38,023 bases of DNA from a virus. Lineage: Duplodnaviria; Caudoviricetes. Under the pieces are notes generated by a model. It was given only the letters and a program-made list of their open reading frames with translations, did no database searches and was not told the DNA's origin. The position numbers and the translations under genes were made by a program. The stretch is taken from IMG/VR virus record IMGVR_UViG_3300010218_000024, positions 1 through 38,023 of that record. One strand, 5' to 3'. Positions 27,360 to 34,623 of the stretch are shown here, in pieces; within the stretch, counting starts at the first letter, position 1, and each line of letters opens with the position of its first letter.

Positions 27360-27680
27360 ATGAATCTTGTTGACGCAGTTCGCAGGCGGCATCTGGTGCA
27401 GTGGCACGACCGGGGATTCGTGCGCACAATCGAGCCGTATTTGTTCGTGGTGCTGCGGGGCTTGCGCCTGGCACTGATCGCGCGCCAGATTGCGGGCGGA
27501 CCCGCCGACGGCGAGCAGCCGTGCTGGAAGGTGATTGATGCCGGTGAGGGGTTGAACGTCGACTCGGAACGAACCTTCGGCGGATGCGAACAGGTTCCGA
27601 CGCATTTGCTGGGGCTGGTGCATATGGTCTACGCCTCGCCATTCGTCGAAAGCGAGCCGACACCAGTCGAGCGCAGGTAG
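27360..27680 (+). CDS. Small stand-alone WYL-like domain protein
   Basis: LVDAVRRRHLVQW...RTIEPY...ARQIAGG...WKVID matches the WYL pattern; fills the cII-cro gap on the opposite strand. Confidence 0.55.
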   Translation: MNLVDAVRRRHLVQWHDRGFVRTIEPYLFVVLRGLRLALIARQIAGGPADGEQPCWKVIDAGEGLNVDSERTFGGCEQVPTHLLGLVHMVYASPFVESEPTPVERR

Positions 27681-27889
27681 GTCCAATCGACCCGGCTATT
27701 CAATTCTTCGCAACGCACCCTCCCCTGCACCAATTTTTCGATTTCTGGCGCGTACTCCGCTGGCACCCCGTTACGAAGCCATTGCTGGACTACCTGATAG
27801 CGAACACCTAAAGCATCCGCGAACGCGCGTAACGTAGGGTATTCCGCGATCGCCTTTTGCAGCCCGACACAAGGAGTGGTCTTTTTCAT
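27629..27889 (-). CDS. cro: Cro-like repressor (YdaS-like)
   Basis: FADALGVRYQVVQQW...VPAEYAPEIE...GRVRCEEL; divergent from cI. Confidence 0.88.
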   Translation of the reverse strand: MKKTTPCVGLQKAIAEYPTLRAFADALGVRYQVVQQWLRNGVPAEYAPEIEKLVQGRVRCEELNSRVDWTYLRSTGVGSLSTNGEA

Positions 27890-27971
27890 GCCGGCAATTG
27901 TACTAGAAAATCTAGCAGATACAAGAAATTTATGTATTGGCACAATAAATTCTTGTAGGCATAGTGCCGGC
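27890..27971. promoter_or_regulatory. OR-like control region: three 15-bp operators and divergent promoters
   Basis: ACTAGAAAATCTAGC (27902), ACAAGAAATTTATGT (27921), ACAATAAATTCTTGT (27942); TTGTAT-16-TACAAT toward cro; TTGGCA-17-CATAGT toward cI. Confidence 0.8.
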
Positions 27972-28385
27972 ATGAGTATCCATAGCCGCATTAAGGAACG
28001 CCGCCTTGCCCTAGGGCTGAAGAGCCACCAAGCGCTCGCCGACCTCGTCGGCGTGAGCTGGCAAACGGTTCAACTATGGGAAAAGGAAGGGGGAACTGCA
28101 CCAAATCGCAATAGGATCGACAAGGTTGCCGCCGCATTACAAGTGACGACCAAGTGGCTTTTACATGGGGACAGCGAAGACCATGAACGCCAACACCCCG
28201 ACGAAGCGAGCAGCGTCGCACGACCAGCCAATGAGCCGCTTCACACTCAATGGGTAACGTCACAAGAAAACTATCTTTTGACCTTATTCCGTACGACAGA
28301 TGACGACGGCCGCGCGGCTATCCTTAGAACTGCGGAAACCATGCCTCGTATCGCCAGCCCCGCTGTTGCTGGAAACAAGCTGTAG
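27972..28385 (+). CDS. cI: CI-like XRE repressor lacking an S24 autopeptidase domain
   Basis: RIKERRLALG...ALADLVGVSWQTVQLWE HTH; 137 aa with a short helical C-terminal domain. Confidence 0.88.
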   Translation: MSIHSRIKERRLALGLKSHQALADLVGVSWQTVQLWEKEGGTAPNRNRIDKVAAALQVTTKWLLHGDSEDHERQHPDEASSVARPANEPLHTQWVTSQENYLLTLFRTTDDDGRAAILRTAETMPRIASPAVAGNKL

Positions 28386-28514
28386 TTTGGTGATTGTTTT
28401 CGGTGGCTCCGCAGGGTGCGCTACTGCTGTCGCTTCCGCGATGGCCAAGCTTTCCCTCCTACGACGTGCGTCCATTTGCTCATACGCAGCAATCCATCGG
28501 TTTAAGTTCTTCAT
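28284..28514 (-). CDS. Small protein antisense to and overlapping the cI 3' end; candidate antirepressor
   Basis: MKNLNRWIAAYEQMDARRRRESLAIAE aligns in register with the CI C-terminal motif; alternative start at 28529. Confidence 0.55.
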   Translation of the reverse strand: MKNLNRWIAAYEQMDARRRRESLAIAEATAVAHPAEPPKTITKLQLVSSNSGAGDTRHGFRSSKDSRAAVVICRTE

Positions 28515-28634
28515 CGATGCAAAATGCATATGGTCGCGCCGCAAAGATGCCAAAATACTCACCAAGTGTCACAACTGCTTCCATTTTGGAAGCACGAACA
28601 ACACAATGTGAACTCATCGCGCAAGAATCGCGCG

Positions 28635-28880
28635 ATGAAGACACCTCCCGTCCCCAAGCCCTCCCAGCAGAATTACGTACAGACAGCACTACGCCTACCA
28701 CCAGATCTTCATCTTGAACTTCAAGACGCGGCCGAGAAAAATGGCCGAAGCATGAATGCAGAAATCGTTGCGCGCCTTCGGGCCATCCCCATCCTTGAGC
28801 ACCTGGACAAACTTGCGCGGGACGTTGCCGAAATCAAGGCGTTAGATCGACAGATTCTTAGCATCGTCGGGGACCGGTAA
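28635..28880 (+). CDS. Arc-family ribbon-helix-helix DNA-binding protein
   Basis: TALRLPPDLH...AAEKNGRSMNAEIVARL signature. Confidence 0.9.
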   Translation: MKTPPVPKPSQQNYVQTALRLPPDLHLELQDAAEKNGRSMNAEIVARLRAIPILEHLDKLARDVAEIKALDRQILSIVGDR

Positions 28881-28906
28881 CCCATCCTCTGACATTTGTT
28901 GAACAT

Positions 28907-28928
28907 GCCCGCTTCAGCGGGCTTTTTT
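28907..28928 (+). terminator. Intrinsic terminator after the arc-like gene
   Basis: GCCCGC-TTCA-GCGGGC plus T6. Confidence 0.85.
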
Positions 28929-28971
28929 ACGTCTGAACATATTCAATCGCAAGGTCAGCGCGCCGCGAAAT

Positions 28972-29011
28972 ACTAGTTTTTCTTGTTTTACTAGTTTTTC
29001 TAGCGTATATT
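28972..29011 (+). promoter_or_regulatory. OL/PL-like early promoter with two operators
   Basis: ACTAGTTTTTCTTGT (28972) and ACTAGTTTTTCTAGC (28990) match the OR consensus; TTGTTT-17-TATATT. Confidence 0.8.
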
Positions 29012-29043
29012 CCACGCTATCAACTTTTGATAGCGGGGTACGC

Positions 29044-29190
29044 ATGAGAGCATTTCACGTAACGGTTCGGACGCCCAACGGCGCGTCCTGCCATTTCGCG
29101 ATCGGCAGGACGGCATCCATGGTCTACGACTACACGGCCGCCTACCAAAGCGACGAAGCGACTTTTGGCATCACGGTGGTGGAACTGTGA
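29044..29190 (+). CDS. Small hypothetical protein (48 aa), first gene of the early operon, absent from the ORF track
   Basis: MRAFHVTVRTPNG...FGITVVEL; GGGG RBS; GTGA overlap with the next gene. Confidence 0.6.
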   Translation: MRAFHVTVRTPNGASCHFAIGRTASMVYDYTAAYQSDEATFGITVVEL

Positions 29191-29573
29191 CCGCGAAATC
29201 GACCCGCGCCCCGAACGCGCGCACCCGCACCACGCCACTCGGCACGGGCGAACTGCACCAGGCGCTCGAAAACGCCCGGGACCAGGGTGAGCTCGCCCGT
29301 TTCTGCAGTGCACACGTCTGCACGCCCACCGACGTCTCGGAGGACGGCGTACGCCTGCACCTGCCGCGCGTGCTGCACCTCATGCGGTCCCGCGGATACC
29401 ACGTCTGCAACCCAATCCCGCCGCAACATCAGCCGAAAAAAGGCTTCACGGCTTGGCTCGTCCACATCCGCACGCCTGGCGGAATCGAATTCGACATGGG
29501 GTTCTACACCCCGAACGAGCCCAAGCAGGGCTCGCGCAAAAAATCACTAACCCCTCACATGGAGCCCGCATGA
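29187..29573 (+). CDS. Hypothetical protein
   Basis: Coupled overlaps at both ends within the early operon. Confidence 0.6.
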   Translation: MTAKSTRAPNARTRTTPLGTGELHQALENARDQGELARFCSAHVCTPTDVSEDGVRLHLPRVLHLMRSRGYHVCNPIPPQHQPKKGFTAWLVHIRTPGGIEFDMGFYTPNEPKQGSRKKSLTPHMEPA

Positions 29574-29809
29574 GCACCAAGACCATCAAGCTGCAGATCC
29601 CCCAGGCCGTCTACGACGATCTCGTTGTCGTGGCCGACAGCTGCACGCGCATCCACAAGGCGAACGACGGCTTCACCAGCCACGGCGAGCTCGATGTCGA
29701 GGGCCTGCTGCTGATGCTCGCCCAGGACGCCGCCATGACGAACAGCCGACCGGGCTCGTGGGAGGGCTCGAACATGCAGCAGGTGCTGGATGCCCACGGC
29801 TATCGGTAA
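29570..29809 (+). CDS. Hypothetical protein with RHH-like N-terminus
   Basis: GGAG RBS, ATGA overlap; TIKLQIPQAVYDDL start; RPGSWEG motif. Confidence 0.65.
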   Translation: MSTKTIKLQIPQAVYDDLVVVADSCTRIHKANDGFTSHGELDVEGLLLMLAQDAAMTNSRPGSWEGSNMQQVLDAHGYR

Positions 29810-29845
29810 CAGATCCCCAACTCCCACCACTTTCAGGAAAAAAAT

Positions 29846-32098
29846 ATGAGCAATACCGCACTCGCAGTGGCCAACAACGAGAAGCCGATCGTCGTCGACG
29901 AACTGGTCTTCGATCAGGGTGTGTACGGCCTGTATGAACGCGCGAAGATTCGCCCCTCGCCGGACAACAGGAAGCGATTCAACGAACCGGCGCTGCACGA
30001 GCTGGCAGCAAGTATCAAGGCAATGGGCGTTGCGCAGGCGATCCTGATTCGCCCTGTTACCCCGACCCCGGATGCCCCGGAGGAATACGAAATCGTCGCC
30101 GGCGAACGCCGGTGGCGCGCCTCCGGAATCGCTGGGCTGACGCATATCCCGGCCTTGTGCCGCCGCCTCAGCGACCTGGACGCCGCGAAGATCCGCATCC
30201 TCGAGAACCTGCAGCGCGAAGACCCGCACCCGATGGAAGAGGCCGAGGGCTACCAGCTCCTCATGCTGCAGCACGGCTTCACGGCGGACCAGCTGGTCGA
30301 CGAGGTGAAGAAGAGCCGCGCCTACATCTACGGTCGCCTCAAGCTGTGCGCGCTGACGAACGAAGTGCGCGAACCGTTCCTCGATAACACGATCCCGGCA
30401 TCTACCGCGCTTTTGATTGCGAGGATTCCTGTTCCAAAGCTCCAGATTCAGGCCTTGAAGGAAATCACCGCAACCGACATATACCGGCCCGAGCCGATGT
30501 CGGTTCGTCAGGCACAGCAGCACCTGCAGAGCAAGTACATGCTCGACCTGAGGAAAGCAGTATTCCCAATCAAGGATGCGAAGCTCTTGGCGTCTGCTGG
30601 TTCATGCACAAAATGCCCGAAACGCACTGGGAACCAACCGGAAATTTTCGAAGGCATCAGTGCAGACGTCTGCACTGACCCCGAATGCTTTGCCGAGAAA
30701 AAGGCCGCGCACTTTGCCTCTGAAATCGTCGCAGCGAACAAGAAAGGGATTCGTGTACTGGAGGGCGAAGAGAACAACTTCGCGATGGCCCGGGCATGGG
30801 GGCACAACGGCGGAAGTCTTGTTTGTGGGGAAGCCGCCATTATTCACTTCGCGCGCAATGCTCCTAGCACTCGTAACGCTGGGACCGTCGAAAAATGGCT
30901 TGGCACAAATCTCCCACCGGTCATCGCGTACGGAAAAAATTCCGAGGGAGCCCTCGTCGCGCTCTACAACCGCGACGATATCCAGAAGGCACTTGAGGCA
31001 TCGGGCGCCTGCGAGACCGTGGAGGCGCATGCTGCGCGGATGAAGGCGCAGTCCTCGCAACAATCGAATCAGGCGACGCCGGCCGAATCGTGGCCATTTC
31101 CGAACACGAGCGCAGTCCCCGCGCCGGCATCCGGACCATCCGACCACGAACTGGCCGCACGCGAGACCAAGTTCCGCATCGAGTTGTACAAGCGGCTACG
31201 CAAACATGGCGCGACCAGCGGCTTCACCTTGGAAGCGCTGCGAGAGCTCACGAAGCTGACTGTTGTAACGCATCCGTTGCCCGACGATCTACTCGAAGAC
31301 ATCTACCAGTTCGACACGAGTCCGGACGAGGCGGTGCAGGACTATATCGATCAGGCCAGCATGTCGGAAGTCCAGTTGCTTCTAATCGATCTGCTAGTCG
31401 GCGAGCTGCTTTCGGTCGACCAGTGGCACTTCAAACACCGCGATGCCGAGAACGACAGCTTCAAGTTCGTCACCGCCATGGCGCGCTACGAAAGCATCGA
31501 TCCAGATCAGGTCCGCGAAGAACTGTTCCCGACGCCGATCAACGTTACCAACATGCAGTACGGCGACCTTGTCGAATTCCTCAAAGCAAAGCCGCGCCGC
31601 ATCAATGATCTAAATGACGCCATCAACGCCAGCACGCGCGGTGATTTGACCGGACAACTCGAGCAGGCCGCGACGAGCCTTGGTTACGTCTGGCGCGACC
31701 ACGGCTTTGTGCTGGTGTTGGATATCCTGCCAAAACAGGAGACCTCTCTGGACGCACCACTGGCCGCTGAACAAGCCGATGCCACGGCGTCGATCGACAC
31801 GCCGGTCGTTGACGTCGACCAGGTTGAAGAGCTGGCATTGGCCACCGAAGTTCCGGTCACAGTCGCGGTCGACCAAAGTCAAGAAACGCATGCTGCCAAG
31901 CATGCAACGGAAACCGATGACCAGGCCGATGCCGAGCAGCTGGCCGCGATGGTCCTCGAGGACACCAAGGTTGCAGCCGAGAAGGCCTCGCAACCCGCAC
32001 GCAAGAAGGCACAGCCGAAGGCGCCGGCCACCTCGAAAAAGGCGGCGAGTACGCCCGCGAAAAAGCCCCCCAAGCAATCCGTCAAGGCGAAGCCATGA
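29846..32098 (+). CDS. Large ParB/Spo0J-domain protein
   Basis: ELAASIK, YEIVAGERRWRA, ENLQRED motifs, HTH; CTKC...CTDPEC cluster; low-complexity tail. Confidence 0.88.
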   Translation: MSNTALAVANNEKPIVVDELVFDQGVYGLYERAKIRPSPDNRKRFNEPALHELAASIKAMGVAQAILIRPVTPTPDAPEEYEIVAGERRWRASGIAGLTHIPALCRRLSDLDAAKIRILENLQREDPHPMEEAEGYQLLMLQHGFTADQLVDEVKKSRAYIYGRLKLCALTNEVREPFLDNTIPASTALLIARIPVPKLQIQALKEITATDIYRPEPMSVRQAQQHLQSKYMLDLRKAVFPIKDAKLLASAGSCTKCPKRTGNQPEIFEGISADVCTDPECFAEKKAAHFASEIVAANKKGIRVLEGEENNFAMARAWGHNGGSLVCGEAAIIHFARNAPSTRNAGTVEKWLGTNLPPVIAYGKNSEGALVALYNRDDIQKALEASGACETVEAHAARMKAQSSQQSNQATPAESWPFPNTSAVPAPASGPSDHELAARETKFRIELYKRLRKHGATSGFTLEALRELTKLTVVTHPLPDDLLEDIYQFDTSPDEAVQDYIDQASMSEVQLLLIDLLVGELLSVDQWHFKHRDAENDSFKFVTAMARYESIDPDQVREELFPTPINVTNMQYGDLVEFLKAKPRRINDLNDAINASTRGDLTGQLEQAATSLGYVWRDHGFVLVLDILPKQETSLDAPLAAEQADATASIDTPVVDVDQVEELALATEVPVTVAVDQSQETHAAKHATETDDQADAEQLAAMVLEDTKVAAEKASQPARKKAQPKAPATSKKAASTPAKKPPKQSVKAKP

Positions 32099-32340
32099 AG
32101 CTCAGCGAACACACGGTCAGCGCGATCGCGCGGGCCTTGCTCGACGCCCGGCGCGAACTTTCGAAGCAGCTTGCTTACTGGCGCGCGCGCCAATACACGG
32201 CCCATGTCGACTTGGTTACGACTGAGCTGCGCGAAAACGCCAATGCGCTGACCGAGCTGGCGGACGCCATCGCGCCTTGGCTCAAGCAGCACCCAGACTG
32301 GCCCAGCATTACTTCAAACGAACCGCTCACCACAAACTGA
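32095..32340 (+). CDS. Hypothetical helical protein
   Basis: ATGA overlap with the ParB-like gene. Confidence 0.6.
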   Translation: MKLSEHTVSAIARALLDARRELSKQLAYWRARQYTAHVDLVTTELRENANALTELADAIAPWLKQHPDWPSITSNEPLTTN

Positions 32341-32348
32341 GGATCAAC

Positions 32349-33101
32349 ATGAAACTGCTCATCAACAACGTGCGTTCCAGCATTGCTCGCCTATACAACG
32401 CTCTGGGCATTCGTGCGGCCCAGCAAACGGCTCCTGGCCCTGCACGGCCAGCCTACTGCGGCAATATCCTGACACTGCTTGCACACCTGTGCGACATGGA
32501 CGACGACCTCCAACTGTACGTCCTGCGCTGGCTGGCCTACCCGTTGCGAAACCCGGGCGCGAAGATGTCGACCGCGCTCGTGTTCAACGGCGGCCAAGGC
32601 TCGGGTAAAAGCCTTTTCTTCAAGTACGTCGCCGCGGCGATGTACGACGAGAATGCGGCGATGATCAAGCCCAACGATCTGCACAGCAAATTCAATTACT
32701 GGGCCGTGGGCGCCAACCTGGTCGTGGTGGACGGCGACTACGCTCCGCGCCATCTGGAACGCATGAAGGCCTTCCACGCGGCCGAATCCTTCGTGATCAC
32801 TCTCAAGGGCCACGAGCCCCGCGCGGTCGTCAATCGCCTGAATTTCGTCTACTTGTCGGACCAGGAAGACTTCCTACCGACAGACGCCGGCAGCCGCCGC
32901 TTCGTCGTCGTCGAAGTCCCGCCGGCACGTCCGCGCGGCTTCTATGCGGCGATCGCGTACGAGATCGCCAACGGAGGCGTGGACGCCTTCCGCGACTACT
33001 TGATGCGCGGCCTTGATATGAGCGACTTCAACGAAAACACGCTGCCGCCGTCGACGCCGGCGCCGGCGCTGGCGCCGCTCGATGGCCGGAGAGTCGCATG
33101 A
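32349..33101 (+). CDS. Stand-alone SF3 helicase-like P-loop protein (D5 C-terminal / DUF5906-like)
   Basis: WLAYPLRNPGAK, Walker A GGQGSGKS, SKFNYW, NFVYLS and SRRFVVV motifs; GAGG RBS. Confidence 0.8.
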   Translation: MKLLINNVRSSIARLYNALGIRAAQQTAPGPARPAYCGNILTLLAHLCDMDDDLQLYVLRWLAYPLRNPGAKMSTALVFNGGQGSGKSLFFKYVAAAMYDENAAMIKPNDLHSKFNYWAVGANLVVVDGDYAPRHLERMKAFHAAESFVITLKGHEPRAVVNRLNFVYLSDQEDFLPTDAGSRRFVVVEVPPARPRGFYAAIAYEIANGGVDAFRDYLMRGLDMSDFNENTLPPSTPAPALAPLDGRRVA

Positions 33102-33367
33102 TGGGGCCCGTCAACGCCGACCAGGTCGAACCGCTCGACCCGAACGCCTACAAACACCATGCCCAGCTGTTGAAGTCCGCCCATTGCTGCAGGCCGGTTG
33201 TGCACCAGGGCCGGCACCAGTTCATCAACGGGCTGACCATGTATCACGACGGTGGCCGGGTCGCGATGTTGGTGTACCTGGCCGGATTTCGCGATGGGAT
33301 CGACAGCAGCGAAGTTCAGATCAAGACCACGAAACAAGAAGCAGCCGAGGAGGCGAACCATGGATGA
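33098..33367 (+). CDS. Hypothetical protein
   Basis: GGAG RBS and coupled overlaps. Confidence 0.65.
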   Translation: MMGPVNADQVEPLDPNAYKHHAQLLKSAHCCRPVVHQGRHQFINGLTMYHDGGRVAMLVYLAGFRDGIDSSEVQIKTTKQEAAEEANHG

Positions 33368-34286
33368 CCAAGCACGCAAAATCAATTTTGTTCACGTTAC
33401 TTCCAGCCGCGATTTCCTCCCCAAGGATACGCAGGAACGGCGCTGGTTCGTCGTAGACAATGAAATCAACCACGGCGGCACCGTCGGCCAGCTGCCGGAC
33501 GTCATGATCGACATCGAGACGATGGGCACGACTCCCGGCGCCGCGATCCTGAGCATCGGCGCCGTGACGTTCGGTCGGGCCGGTCTCGGTGAGATCTTCT
33601 ACGCCCCGGTGCTGCTGCAATCCTGCCTCGACGCCGGGCTGCACATCGATCCGGAAACGGATGCCTGGTGGGCGAAGCAGAGCGACGCCGCCCGCGCGGC
33701 TGCGTTCCGCAACGATGCCGCACCGCTGGCGACCGTCCTGGAACAGTTTTCGAACTGGTTCAACCTGGTGCGCGCCGAGCGGCCGTGGAGCCAAGGCGCG
33801 AACTTCGACCCGCCGCTGCTCGACGCTGCGTACCGCGCCTGCGGCATGACGCCACCGTGGAAGTACTGGAACGTGCGCGACACCCGCACTCTGTATGACC
33901 TAGCCGGCGTGAAGGTCGACCGCAGCAAGGGGACGCATCACAATGCGCTCGACGATGCGCGTACGCAGGCCGAGGCGGCAGTGAAGGCGTTGAATATTCT
34001 CAACCCCGATGGGGGCCGCTTCGCGTGGGCAGTACTCGCTGAAAGCGGCAACGTCATCATCTGGTCCCGCCGGCGCGATCAGGTCGAGCCCTTGGCGGAG
34101 AAGTATCGCCGTCCAGTTGTACCGGTCATCGTTCTGTCGCCCGGTTCCATCCCACAGCCGGCGGGAGTGCCACAGGGTGAGGAGAGCGTAACGGCGATCG
34201 GGACGCCGACCGATATCGTGCAGCTTCTGCCCGCCGCACCAGACGGCGGCAAGGACGATAGCTCCGCTGCTGGAGGTACAGCGTGA
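33360..34286 (+). CDS. DEDDh 3'-5' exonuclease (RNase AS / exoVIII-N-like) with N- and C-terminal extensions
   Basis: MIDIETMG, ILSIGAV, GANFD, RDTRT and HNALDDA motifs; GGAGG RBS. Confidence 0.88.
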   Translation: MDDQARKINFVHVTSSRDFLPKDTQERRWFVVDNEINHGGTVGQLPDVMIDIETMGTTPGAAILSIGAVTFGRAGLGEIFYAPVLLQSCLDAGLHIDPETDAWWAKQSDAARAAAFRNDAAPLATVLEQFSNWFNLVRAERPWSQGANFDPPLLDAAYRACGMTPPWKYWNVRDTRTLYDLAGVKVDRSKGTHHNALDDARTQAEAAVKALNILNPDGGRFAWAVLAESGNVIIWSRRRDQVEPLAEKYRRPVVPVIVLSPGSIPQPAGVPQGEESVTAIGTPTDIVQLLPAAPDGGKDDSSAAGGTA

Positions 34287-34609
34287 TGGCCCTCGAATAC
34301 GTGCGCGAATACTACGGTGTGCCAGCCGCCATCGGGCGCCGCGTCGTGGTCGGCGGCAAGCCCGGCGTTATCGCGGCGGATCGCGGTCACTACATCGGCG
34401 TGAACTTCGATGCGGACAAGCCAGGCGTGATTCTCAACTGCCACCCGACGAGCGAAGTCGAATACGGCGAGATGGGCACGGTACGCAAGCCCAGCCGGCA
34501 CGCGGCCCGATATGAGCGCTATCTGGAGTATGGCGATGGCTTCGACTCGTTCATCCAATTCTGCTACTGGGATGCGGCACGTGAGCGCAGCTGGAACCGC
34601 GGCAACTAA
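34283..34609 (+). CDS. Hypothetical phage protein
   Basis: GGAGG RBS; EYVREYYGVPAAIGRRV...HYIGVNFD...CHPT. Confidence 0.75.
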   Translation: MMALEYVREYYGVPAAIGRRVVVGGKPGVIAADRGHYIGVNFDADKPGVILNCHPTSEVEYGEMGTVRKPSRHAARYERYLEYGDGFDSFIQFCYWDAARERSWNRGN

Positions 34610-34623
34610 AACAGGACCGAATC

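Noticed and set aside
27274-29043. LexA (SOS) box controlling induction
   Set aside because: No CTGT-N8-ACAG found by eye in the intergenic parts of the immunity region; a weight-matrix scan would be needed to exclude weak sites
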